From NCBI GenBank assembly GCA_964016885.1, contig OZ024757.1, positions 22,258,001-22,322,000 of the forward strand: a stretch of 64,000 bases of DNA. Direction: 5' to 3'. This document shows positions 41,040 through 53,031 of this stretch, one piece after another (the first letter of the stretch is position 1; every line of letters begins with the position of its first letter). Below the pieces are notes generated by a model, which saw only the letters and a list, made by a program, of their open reading frames with translations, was not told where the DNA came from and did not search any database. A program made the translations under genes and the position numbers. The DNA is from Eledone cirrhosa (Eukaryota).

Positions 41040-41740
41040 TCTGTGGAAGACTTACGTAGATTAGAGAGAAACGAAGCCTGCATGCTCCGATGGATGTGTA
41101 ATAGTAATATACGCGAACGGCAAAGCATAAATGAAATGAGAGAGAGACAGAGCACAAGAGGAATCAAATGCTGTGTGCAGGAGAGGCGGTTGTGTTGGTA
41201 TGGACATGTGATGCGTATGAAGCATGACAGTTGCATAAAAAGGTGCAGAGCACTAGAAGTCGATGGAAACCGCGGAATGGGGAGACCCAAGAAGACCTGG
41301 GGTGAGGTGATAAAAGCCGACCTTACCCAATTACACCTCTCAAAGGTGACGACACACGACCGTGACCTCTGGCGTCACGCAGTAATACAGAAGACCCGAC
41401 CCCCCACGGGTACAAGCCGAAGCTAAAGGATATAGACAATATGCCCCCCACACACTCCCACTGTAAAGTGGTCGTGGAGGTGTCACGGCAAAAAAGCACT
41501 CAGCCTACACTGTAAAGTGGACGTAGAGGTGTCACAGAAAAAAGCACCTAGCCACACTGTAAAGTGGACGTGGATGTGCCACAGAAAAAAGCACCCAGCA
41601 CTCACTGTAAATGAGGTTGGTGTAAGGAAGGGCATGCAGCTGTGGAAATCAGGCCAGAATCAGTAACCATATGGGCAACAGGACAACCCGTCTAACCCAT
41701 GTTAACGTGGAAGAACGGACGTAAAACGGTGATGATGATA
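41040..41740 (+). mobile_element. RTE LINE 3' end (ORF C-terminus, 3'UTR, GAT tail)
   Basis: RRLERNEACMLRWMC..RRLCWYGHVMRM..G.RGMGRPKKTW..DRDLWR. Confidence 0.9.
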
Positions 41741-41849
41741 TACACACATATATACACACACACACATATATATATACATACACACACACACACATTTATA
41801 TACACATATATATATACACGCACACATATACACACGCACACATATATAC

Positions 41850-41892
<43 letters not shown>

Positions 41893-41917
41893 CACACACA
41901 CACACATATATATATAT

Positions 41918-42262
41918 AACGAAGGAATTGTGGTAAGGAACCAGATGGACCATAACGCACCAGAGTACTCAATACTTAGGGTAGTAGAGTGGGTAATAGG
42001 AAAAAGTATGACTCCGACGGCAGAGCTCGAGCCGTATCGACAGCTATTTCTGGACTGAAATAGCCGTCGAAATGGCTTGAGCTCTGCCGTCGGGGTCATA
42101 CTTTTTACTATATATATATATATATATATAGGAACGAGTAGGACCCCGACGGCTGAGCTCAAGCCGTCGGGGTCCTACTCGTTCCTATTACCCACTCTAC
42201 TACTATTGAGTACTTTGGTGTGTTATGGTCCATCTGGTTCCTTACCACATTTCCTTCGTTTT
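41918..42262. mobile_element. Two adjacent fold-back copies of the 17664/25994 family, in opposite orientation
   Basis: Hairpins about 42001-42106 and 42128-42188, separated by (TA)n; outer arms are reverse complements. Confidence 0.78.
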
Positions 42263-42779
42263 ATATATATATATATATACACACACATATATACACACAC
42301 ACATATATACACACACACATGTATGTATGTATATGTGAATATGTGTGTCAGTGTATATATATATATGAGTGTGTGTGTGTGTATATGAGTGTGTGAAGGT
42401 AGTGTATTGATTTATATATATGTCTGCATTAATAAATCCTACTTTATTTCTCCGTTTCAAGTCCCTCATCCATCTATTAATCTCAAATGCAATTTATCTA
42501 AACAGGCAAACACAGATGTAAGCTCATGTCTAGTTCAGCATCTACATATGTATCTGCTGGATATAAACTAACGTGTGTCTACATCTATGTACATATGTAT
42601 CTGCTGTGCACTAGGTAATGTGTTTATATATGTGTGTATGTGTGTGTATGTATGTATGTATGTATATATATATATACGTATGTTGGTAGGTATGTGTGTA
42701 TATATGTATATATTAAACGTAGGTTGGTAGGTATGTATGTATATACGTAGGTTGGTAGATATGTGTGTATGTTATCTCT

Positions 42780-43172
42780 TTCTCTTAATTTCGAGTATAT
42801 TTATTTGACCGGCCACCTTCCTGGTGGCAAGGTTGTAAAGGAAAAGAAATTGTCATCCCTTGAATCGCAAGAATGTTTTGCAGATTTTGAAGGAGCCAGC
42901 TATCGCAGCCATTTGTAGACTATGAATTAGGGAGCTGCGCTCTTTGCTCGCAAATCCAAGTTCAGTCATACTTTGGTCCAAGCGGGTTGATATATAACCC
43001 GTAGCTCCAATAATGATGGGTATGACGCTAAAGGTGTATCTTGGATACTGGATTTGTAAACTCCTCATCAATGGTCCGTAGATGTCCTCCTTCTCCTGTA
43101 TTTTTCTGACAACGTTTACATCAAGTGGGCAGCTGATCTCCACAACAGAACACGTTTTCAATGTGTGGTCCC
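42780..43172 (-). mobile_element. 3' fragment of an RLE-type (R4/Dong-like) non-LTR retrotransposon
   Basis: WDHTLKTCSVVEISCP..EKEDIYGPL...VIPIIIGATG..LQMAAIAGS.KI: typical C-terminal restriction-like endonuclease; stop at 42853. Confidence 0.8.
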
Positions 43173-43569
43173 AATAAACCTTTCAAGGAATTACACCAGT
43201 CTAGCCTCCTGTTATTTTATAATAATTAACTCAGTACGCGCACCACCAACTACACAAACGAAGACGGGTGAGTTGCATTACGTTGAGTGCTCTCCATAAT
43301 ATTACATCGAGATTGACCATGCGGAATGACCAGTTCTATCCAGTGGTGAACCAACAAACCTAAATATATATATATATATATATAGTATTAAGGATACTAT
43401 TTATGGTTGTGTATATACAAAAATCTTTTATAGTTATATATATTTTAAACCCTAAATAGTGAAAGACAGTAATTTATTACTACCTTATAACCAGTAAGAT
43501 AAATAGCTCAAATGTAACAACATCAGTAGTTCTACAGAACAGTTATATAGTTATATATATATATATATA

Positions 43570-43743
43570 TATTATTCAGAATATTAATAAATGAAGACAT
43601 TCACATAATCAAAATATATGTTTTATTATATATATTTCGAAGGTCGAGGACGTATTGAAAAAACAGCACAGTACCTTTGAAATGTATATAATAAAACATT
43701 TTGATTATGTGAATGTCTTCATTTATTAATATTCTGAATAATA
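43570..43743. mobile_element. Fold-back of the TTTTAT-family hammerhead element, broken inside the ribozyme
   Basis: Left arm ends tttcgaaggt (43644); right arm begins gaggacgtattg (43646) and lacks CTGAT. Confidence 0.78.
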
Positions 43744-43835
43744 TTAATAACTCCAGAAAACTTCATTGTAGAGTGCTTTTAATCTATTGTAAAACTATAT
43801 TCATTGAGTAATCAATGAACCATGTTAATCTTTGG

Positions 43836-43890
<55 letters not shown>

Positions 43891-44473
43891 GAGAAGAAAG
43901 AAGAATACTGCATGGTTTGCACATGGGTTACATATGATAAAAATAGTCCTTCGTCAGTGATTTTCCAACCATCATTGGTATTTCATCGCATTAAAGACCA
44001 GATACCTCAGGTTGGTGCGAGCAATAATTAAAAAAAGTTATTGGGACCAGAATTCGCGTAAGGTGAGGGGGGACAAGTAAACAACATAGAAGGATAAAAG
44101 CAAATCGAAGATAGGAAAATAAACAAGCAATATATATATATATGTATGTATGTATGTATATATGCTTTTGCAGATATGTAAGTACATACATATATATATA
44201 TCTATACAATATATTAATAAATGGAAACTATATTTATAAAACCATATTTATTTTATTATACAACCAAGACAAATTATGGTGCGCTTATAAATATAGTTTT
44301 CATTTATTAATATATTGTGTATTTACTCCACTAACCTCTTGAGTGCTTTATATCAGTTATAAACATTTTTAAGCTTGTTGAATCCCAACAAATTAAATAT
44401 AACCTCTGCATATATATATATATATTATTTAAAATATTAATAAATGGATACATTCACATAATCAAAATATATG

Positions 44474-44535
44474 TTTTATTATATATATTTCGGAGGTACT
44501 GTGCTGTTTTTTCAGTACGTCCTCATCAGATAAAA
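44474..44535 (-). ncRNA. Type-I hammerhead ribozyme motif, apparently intact
   Basis: Minus strand TTTTAT-CTGATGA-GGAcGTACTG(aaaaaacagca)CAGTACcTCC-GAAA-TATATA-TA-ATAAAA. Confidence 0.82.
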
Positions 44536-44760
44536 TACATAAATTGATGCATGACATACCTCAACTGTGCTGATGGTTCAATTCCAGTCTTATATATATA
44601 AATAAATATACACGAGTGTGTATGATTGTGTATAGAAGATTATATTAATAAAAGGAATTCCAACTTTGTCTGATTTACTCGTTTCATTTACAATCCTTTA
44701 AAATTTATAATGGTATTAGAATGAAATAGTATGGTAGAATATTAAATGTTAAATGTTAAT

Positions 44761-44799
44761 TGAACAAGTACTTTCATGCTTTCGCAATCTTCAGGTTCA
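44761..44799 (-). ncRNA. Minimal type-I hammerhead motif
   Basis: Minus strand TGAAC-CTGAAGA-tTGC(gaaa)GCAt-GAAA-GTAC-TT-GTTCA; GNRA-capped stem II, palindromic stem III. Confidence 0.75.
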
Positions 44800-45019
44800 T
44801 ATTCAGTGGTGACAGTCAAGTTTTCAATTTTCAACTGTGTATATGCTTTTGCAGATATCTAAGTACATTTATATATATATATATGCAGGTATATATTTAA
44901 ACACACACATATCTCTGCATATATGTATGTACATTTATGTATGTAAATATATATTTACATACTCACACACACATATTTTTAGTGTGCATGTCTGTGTGAG
45001 AGTATGTATATATATATAT

Positions 45020-45105
45020 ATATAAAACAGAGCATGTCTGTCTGTCTGTCTGACTCCCTAAAACTCGAGAACCACCCAACCGATTGTTTTCAAACTTTAC
45101 ACATG
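45020..45105 (+). mobile_element. Possible non-autonomous Helitron-like 5' end
   Basis: tataaaa..(tgtc)n..aactcgagaaccacccaaccgatt..caaacttt pattern recalled from invertebrate non-autonomous Helitrons; candidate hairpin+CTAG end near 46412-46440. Confidence 0.4.
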
Positions 45106-45937
45106 TAATACTGTGATCTGTGTGTATGTGAATGTGTGTACAACACAGCTATATATATATGTGGATGTGTGTGTGTGTGAATGTGTGTACAACACAGCTA
45201 TATATATATATGTTGATGTGTGTGTATGTGTGTCTACAAGACAGATGTATATAAATGGACGAGTATACATGTGTGTGTGTCTGTACCAGAGAGCTGTATA
45301 TGTGAATGTTTGTGTATGTGAGTGTGTATATATGTTGATGTGTGTGTACAAAACAGCTGCACATATGTGGATATGTATACATGTGTGTGTATGTGTGTAC
45401 ACAAAACAGCTGCATATATTTGGATGTGTATACACATCTTTTCATGGAGTTTATTTATTGGAGAGATACCATACAGATAAAATACTTCGAAATGCATGAA
45501 AAGGAAATGGAACATGGAAACAGAGAATTTCATGCATGCATGAGCCCTTAACTGTTGATTGAGTCCTAGGGACGCTGTAGTGACATACATTTATACTCAG
45601 TGGAACCCACTCCCTATTCAAGTGAAAATACAGCTGATTTCCTCAAGTGAGACAGTGAGAGTGAGGAAGAGATATAGAAGTGTCAACCTCTGTACTTGAC
45701 TGGTACTTTGTTTATTGACCTTGAAATAAATTGTATTGTAGTATCAATGGCAGGTTTAGCTAGGTTAATATCGAAATGTTGAATATATATATATATATAT
45801 ATATGCAAAAGTTTTATTTAAAATTGTTGGGTTACAACAAGTAAATATTTTATAACCGATATAAAGCACTCGACAAGTTTTTGGAGTAGATATACGATAT
45901 TAAACAAATGGAAACTATATTTATAAAACCATATTTA

Positions 45938-45999
45938 TTTCATTATACATATTTCAGGGATACCATATTAAAAATATGGCATGCCTTCGTCAGATAAAA
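45938..45999 (-). ncRNA. Type-I hammerhead motif (mirror of 46129)
   Basis: Reverse complement of 46129-46190. Confidence 0.78.
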
Positions 46000-46128
46000 T
46001 ACAATATATAAACAGTTTTATAAATAATTTTGACGTACCATAAATATAATTTTGACGTACCATAAATATAATGGTCGCTTATATTTATGGTACGTCAAAA
46101 TTATTTATAAAACTGTTTATATATTGTA

Positions 46129-46190
46129 TTTTATCTGACGAAGGCATGCCATATTTTTAATATGGTATCCCTGAAATATGTATAATGAAA
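46129..46190 (+). ncRNA. Type-I hammerhead motif
   Basis: TTTTAT-CTGACGA-AGGcATGCCATATT(ttt)AATATGGTATcCCT-GAAA-TATGTA-TA-ATGAAA, overlapping AATAAA. Confidence 0.78.
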
Positions 46191-47339
46191 TAAATATGGT
46201 TTTATAAATATAGTTTCCATTTGTTTAATATCGCAAGATTCAAACAATTTATTAAAATAAATTAAAAAATATAATTTAAATATTCACCTATTCCATTTGC
46301 TTTTACCAACGGTTTCACCTCACAAAAGCTTGGAAATCCTAGGGACTTCCAATGGAAATGTTCGGATCTTCAGAGACCATTTTCCCTACCTAGCACAAAA
46401 GTCCTAGGAACGGCAAAATATATTGCCACCTGCCAGCTAGCACAGGATCGAATGAGGCCGTAAACTTGACCTGTGCATGAACCAGCCCTTAGTAGAAGCA
46501 AAAGTAAACATAGACGTGTTGTCTATCACGCCACTAAAAATAGCAACTAAATAAAATAAAATTAATCTCCGTTTATATATATATATATATTTATATATAA
46601 TAGTATGTTATTTGAAGGCTATCAGAATGCAAAATGGACGGTAGATTTCGTAATAAATTGAAGGCAATGAAGATGTTGGTGTGTCACCTGTTATTTTATT
46701 TACCTGTCCTAATATTTTGGGTCTAAAAACTCTTTGTAAGAAGAATATAATAAGAATCTGGATTGAAGTTCATGCTTTTGTTGTTACATGTATCTGTATG
46801 TGTGTATGTATATATTTATATACACATACATATACGTGTGTGTGTGTGTGTTAGTTTTTGTTGTGGAGACAATTGAGTTAGTGGTTAGTTTGATCAGTTC
46901 ATAACTGTAAGGTAGTGAGTTCAATCCCTGCCTGCACCATGCAGCATGTTGTATCCTTGAGCAAGACACTTTATTTCATGTTACTCCAGTGGTCTGAAGT
47001 CTTATCTCTTTCTACTGTATTAACAATATCGAAAGCTCTAATAACAGAACAAAATGATCTGTTGTGGACCAGGGTCAGATGAAGCCATCCTATTTTTATA
47101 TATTTAAAGAAACTTTCTCCCCAATCCTAAGTGTCATCTGATTAACGCATAAGAGTGAGATAAGAGGCATAATTATTGAACTCACTGATATCAACTTTAT
47201 ATGAGAAAGGTGACTGGTTTGATCTATCGAGACTCCAGTAATACCATCATTAACAGGTTCTATACTATTGGTTTAATTGATTCAGAGCTACTACCAAAAT
47301 CTACCTAATTAGCACTTTACTGTACATACTCACATGGAA

Positions 47340-47690
47340 TGAAGAATCCTGGCATCTGAGCACAAGAGCTACAGAAGGTTGCTACATATCCTGTACAAAA
47401 CAAACAGCTTTGTCAGGCAGCAGGTTAACAATTATACTGGCAGACAGGAACTACTTCTTGCAATAGAGAAAAGACAGAAGCTGGAAGATTGCCTGGTATG
47501 GTCATGTATCCCACCACAGCTCCTTTTCTTAAACCATTCTTCAGGGTACAGTTAAGGGAGGGCAAACAAGAGGCAAACAAAGAAACTCCTGGTCCAGCAA
47601 CATCAAAGACTGGACCGATCACAGTACTGGGACATTTTTATGCATGATGGAGAATATAGATCAGTGGCAACAGCTGCCTATGAGAAAGTG
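47340..47690 (+). mobile_element. Old RTE LINE C-terminal remnant
   Basis: EHKSYRRLLHI / TNSFVRQQV / WYGHV / TILQGTVKGG..RGKQRNSW..NIKDWT in shifting frames. Confidence 0.75.
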
Positions 47691-48906
47691 GAACCCCAAC
47701 AACTGGCTGGACCAGTGGCACATCTAGAGTGGCACCCCAACAACTGGCTGCACCAGTGGCACATCTAGAGTGGCACCCCAACGACTGGCTGCACCAGTGG
47801 CACATCTAGAGTGGCACCCCAACAACTGGCTGCACCAGTGGCACATCTAGAGTGGCACCCCAACGACTGGCTGCACCAGTGGCACATCTAGAGTGGCACC
47901 CCAACGACTGGCTGCACCAGTGGCACATCTAGAGTGGCACCCCAACAACTGGCTGCACCAGTGGCACATCTAGAGTGGCACCCCAACGACTGGCTGCACC
48001 AGTGGCACATTTAGAGTGGCACCCCAACAACTGGCTGCACCAGTGGCACATCTAGAGTGGCACCCCAACAACTGGCTGCACCAGTGGCACATCTAGAGTG
48101 GCACCCCAACGACTGGCTGCACCAGTGGCACATCTAGAGTGGCACCCCAACAACTGGCTGCACCAGTGGCACATCTAGAGTGGCACCCCAACAACTGGCT
48201 GCACCAGTGGCACATCTAGAGTGGCACCCCAACGACTGGCTGCACCAGTGGCACATCTAGAGTGGCACCCCAACAACTGGCTGCACCAGTGGCACATCTA
48301 GAGTGGCACCCCAACAACTGGCTGCACCAGTGGCACATCTAGAGTGGAACCCCAACGACTGGCTGCACCAGTGGCACATCTAGAGTGGCACCCCAACGAC
48401 TGGCTGCACCAGTGGCACATCTAGAGTGGAACCCCAACGACTGGCTGCACCAGTGGCACATCTAGAGTGGCACCCCAACGACTGGCTGCACCAGTGGCAC
48501 ATCTAGAGTGGAACCCCAACGACTGCCTGCACCAGTGGCACATCTAGAGTGGCACCCCAACGACTGACTGCACCAGTGGCACATCTAGAGTGGCACCCCA
48601 ACGACTGACTGCACCAGTGGCACCCCAACGACTGCCTGCACCAGTGGCACATCTAGAGTGGCACCCCAACGACTGACTGCACCAGTGGCACCCCAACGAC
48701 TGGCTGCACCAGTGGCACATCTAGAGTGGAACCCCAACGACTGCCTGCACCAGTGGCACCCCAACGACTGCCTGCACCAGTGGCACATCTAGAGTGGAAC
48801 CCCAACGACTGGCTGCACTAGTGGCACATCTAGTGTGACACCCCAATGACTGGCTGTGCCAGTGGCACATCTAGTGTGACACCCCAATGACTTGCTGCAT
48901 CAGTGG
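47688..48906 (+). repeat. 41-bp minisatellite, about 30 units
   Basis: gtggcaccccaac(a/g)actggctgcaccagtggcacatctaga; homogeneous middle, 27-bp deletion variants and decay at the right end. Confidence 0.97.
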
Positions 48907-49227
48907 TGGGAATGTGATTGATTGATACTCAAATATAAGTCCACCCCCTATTTATTGTCTAAGAAACAGGCAAAAATCCACCCCCTGTTTATAAGCCAAG
49001 GTAGGTAATCAACACATTATGTCTAGATAGTGTGGTTCTGAAATTCTCATGAGTGGAGAATATATTTATGAAATTTTAATATTTTGATATTTTAAATATT
49101 TTAAGTGTTGTTTAGAATATAATTTTGTTTCACACCACCAAGACGTATTGATTTTATACCAATTTCCAACCATTTTGAAGGCCATATTTCTTCAAAACAT
49201 ATAAAAAACAATAGGTAATGTTGAAAA

Positions 49228-49470
49228 TGAAACTGGTGTAATATTCCCCTCCAAAGTGAAACTGGTGTAATATTCACCACCGAAGTGAAACTGGTGTAAT
49301 ATTCCCCTCCAAAGTGAAATCAGTGTAATATTCCCCTCCAAAGTGAAACTGGTGTAATATCCCCCTCCAAAGTGAAATCAGTGTAATATCCCCCTCCAAA
49401 GTGAAACTGGTGTAATATTCCCCTCCAAAGTGAAATCAGTGTAATATTCCCCTCCAAAGCGAAACCAGTA
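49228..49470. repeat. About 29-bp minisatellite, about 8 units
   Basis: gaaactggtgtaatattcccctccaaagt. Confidence 0.92.
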
Positions 49471-50192
49471 CCTCACCCCATTTTACTATTGTTTTTTTTT
49501 TTTGTTTTTTGTTTTGTGTCACATATTTCATGGTTTATATATGAGAATATATGGCAACTGATGTATATTTCCCTCCAATGAAATATCTCCCACACTGTTC
49601 ACCTGCCTGAATCTATGACTACACATAATATCATGTGAACAACCAATCATAAATCACTGTTGTATGATGTTATCACATACAAATCACATGATATTGATAT
49701 CTGGGGAACATGTCTTTTATTTATTTATTTTTATTGAACTGTTCCAGAAATAAATAATCTCTTCAGAGACTTCAGTGTTGACCCTGGTCTTCACAGAAAT
49801 TATCTTTCAAGAACATTAGCCAATAATTGTTTCTACTTTTGGCACAAGGCCAGCAATTATCCCAGTATATTACTGGTGCTTTATTTTGACAAAAACTGCA
49901 CTTTATTCTCATTGACACGATCTTCCTTGTAAATGTATTCATTAACATGCTGTGCTGAGATTGAGTTCCCCTTAAGGCTTTGAGAATTCAATGAAAAAAA
50001 TGACCCCAGTGTATCTTATTTTAAATCGTGAAATAGATGAACTTTTTAAGGAAGTTTTTTTCAAGATTTTCTCAAGAACTTTCTCATGGATATTGAGAAC
50101 TAGATATGAACTTGATAATTACTATTTTTCTTTTTTTTAGTGTATTAAATTTTCTCATGGTAACATGAAGTTAAAGTTTTAATGGGTTTCTT

Positions 50193-50792
50193 AATAATTG
50201 TTTCGACTTTTGGCACAAGGCCAGCAATTACCCAGTGCATTACTGGTACTTTATTTTATCGACCCCATAAGGATGAAAGGCAAAGGTAACCTCGGCGGGA
50301 TTTGAACTCAGACCGCAAAGGGCCGCAACTCTATGTTGCAAAGCATGGTGTCTGATTTGCCACAGAGACATAAGATGGAGGAGACAATAAAAAAGGTAGT
50401 GTTGCATTGCATTGTCTGTTCTGGTACTTTGTGTCTCGAGTTCAATTCCCTGACTGTACAGCAGTCACATCACTAGTAATGGCGACTGTGAAATCCTGAC
50501 ATCAAGTCATTTGTAAAACAAAAGAGCACTCATGAAAGTTGTGAAGTTACGTGGCTTAGTGGTTAGAGAAAATGGATATATTTCATGGAGTAAGAGAGGA
50601 GCTGATGCATAATTGTTTCTACTTTTGGCACAAGGCCAGCAATTATCCCAGTGTATTACTGGTACTTTACTTTATCGACCCCATAAGGATGAAAGGCAAA
50701 GTTAACCTCGGCTGGGGAATTGAACTCAGACCATAAAGGGCCGTAACTCTTTGCTGCAAAGGATGGCGTCCGACCCTCTACCGACACTGCCA
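50193..50792 (-). mobile_element. Two SINE-B copies (50193-50355, 50610-50792)
   Basis: SINE-B core and tail; further partial copies at about 49822, 51607 and 58800. Confidence 0.83.
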
Positions 50793-51129
50793 AATGTGAT
50801 TTGTTTTCAAGAAGATGAGCTGAGCATAAGATGTCAGCATCTTGATAAAGTAGAGTGGATGTAAAAATTGTGGAAGGTGCAGTAGTAAACAAATCTGGGA
50901 ATTTGTTAATTAATTCCTTCCATGAGTTGCCTAATTGACAGAGTGGTTAGAAAAGTGGCTAGAATGATTTGTGGTACTTATTCTGAGCTCTGAGATCAAA
51001 TCCTGCCAAGGTCAACTTTGCCTTTCAACTTTGTACATTCAAGTATGTATTTACGTATGGCATGTATGTATGTCTGTGTAAGTATGTTTGTATGTGTGTG
51101 TATGTATATATATATATATGGAGGCATAT

Positions 51130-51473
51130 GGAGGCACATGGCTTAGTGGTTAGAGCAGTGGCCTTGCAATCGAAAGGTTGTGAGTTCAATTCTCAGACCG
51201 GGTGATGTGTTGTTTCCTTGAGCAAGACACTTTATTTCACATTGCTCCAGTTTACTCAGCTGTAGTAATGAGATGATAGGACTGGGGTCCATATCATTCC
51301 ACTGCAAAGTGGTCGTGGAGGTGCCACGGAAAAAAAAAAGCACCCAGCACTCACTGTAAATGAGGTTGGTGTTAGGAAGGGCATGCAGCTGTAGAAATCA
51401 AGCCAGAATCAGTTGCCGTCCCACCCTTGCAAGCAGGGAAAAGTGGACGTAAAATGATGATGATGATGATGAT
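51130..51473 (+). mobile_element. SINE family A, full length
   Basis: Box A tggcttagtggt, box B gagttcaattct, ccttgagcaagacactt body, RTE-type tail ...ggacgtaaaa(tga)n. Confidence 0.9.
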
Positions 51474-51827
51474 ATGTATATTTGTATATGTGCATGTACT
51501 TATGCATATAAGTTTGTATGTATATATGAATGAATAGGTATGTATCTTTTTATGTATGTATGTATCTTTGTTTTCCCCTACTTATACTACATAACTAAAT
51601 AAGATATAATTGTTTCTACTTTTGGCACAAGGCCAGCAATAACCCAGTAGATTACTGGTACTTTATTTTATCGAGCCCGTATGGATGAAAGGCAAAGTTA
51701 ACCTCGGCGGGATTTGAACTGAGAATAAGAAGATATAATGATCCCGGAAAACGAGTTTATGTCTGCACCTAATCTGGACTTAATCCTGGTTTCAATTTTA
51801 TTTTGTATAATATTGCACATGCATTAA

Positions 51828-52038
51828 CACTTAAGCGTTTAAACTGGCCGTCTCTGGCCAGAATTCTCTCACCTCTTTCTCTACAAACTGGCTGCAACCG
51901 GCCGCTCATGCTGATGTTAAGGTATTGTTCTCAAAATAAATAGTATTAAAATCTCAGAGATGTGATATAATTATGTGAAGTAAAGTCTTTACTGCAAATG
52001 TACAATTGTAAATATAGAGTAATGCAAATGCTAAAGGG
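51828..52038. mobile_element. piggyBac-like MITE (inverted copy of 850-1059)
   Basis: TTAA flanks at 51824-27 and 52039-42; aatgctaaaggg end; internal ggccagaattctct and ttaaggtattgttctcaaaataaata shared. Confidence 0.7.
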
Positions 52039-52578
52039 TTAAGGAAAGTCACTACAGAAATGTACTTTTATAAATATATATTTTTGGTACATATGTTAGC
52101 ACAAATTGGTGTATATACATATGTGTGTGTGTGTGCGCGCACAAGTGTTTGTGTATATATCTACCTATGTGTGTGTGTGTGTGTGTATGTGTGTGTGTGT
52201 TTGCATATGCTCCAATATATTTCGAACTTGAAGCTCTGTCTGAAGTTATAAATATGTAACAAATAGCAAGCATGTATGTTGTATGTGTGTAAGTAATTCT
52301 ATAAATATATATATGCGTACATATGTCTGCATGTATATATACACACACACACACACATATATACACACACACACACACATATAGGTACATATGTGTATGC
52401 ATGTATATGTGTGTATATATATAGATATATAGATATAAATATATGCATAGGTTTTTTAAATACATATCTGCTCTGCTCTCTTTGAAGTAGATATATTAGT
52501 CTGCTATTATATTGCTGTCTATTTATATGGACAACTAAACCAATAAATGGACACAATATTAGACTACATACATTGTTG

Positions 52579-52614
<36 letters not shown>

Positions 52615-52911
52615 TATACATAGATAAACATATACATACATATTTACCTATATTCATGACATGTGTATTGGCATATGTATTTATCTCTTTATATCAATAT
52701 CTGTCAGTATATATATATATATATATATATAATGTGTGTGTATTTATGTATGTAACCATATGCTTGGATAAAAGGAAACATGTGAAAGTCTTCATTCATG
52801 CTTATATAAATATACATAATTATATACACACATCTATGTGCACTGATGTATGAACTTATATTAATAAAAATGCTCATTCAAATTCACACTCAGCTATTTA
52901 TATATATATAC

Positions 52912-52971
<60 letters not shown>

Positions 52972-53031
52972 CCAAGGCTCTGATACCATCAACACTATAA
53001 ACACAGAGCTGGCATATCTAAGAACTGACTA

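Larger units (their letters stand above)
45895..46233. mobile_element. Near-perfect palindrome with about 155-bp arms, one hammerhead per strand
   Basis: 45895-46049 is the reverse complement of 46079-46233; 22-bp direct duplication beside the loop. Confidence 0.9.

Noticed and set aside
47688-48906. CRISPR-like array (short repeat with internal hairpin)
   Set aside because: No unique spacers, no cas genes, eukaryotic context; plain tandem repeat
51130-51205. tRNA gene
   Set aside because: tRNA-like A/B boxes are the head of a multi-copy SINE that continues into SINE body and tail
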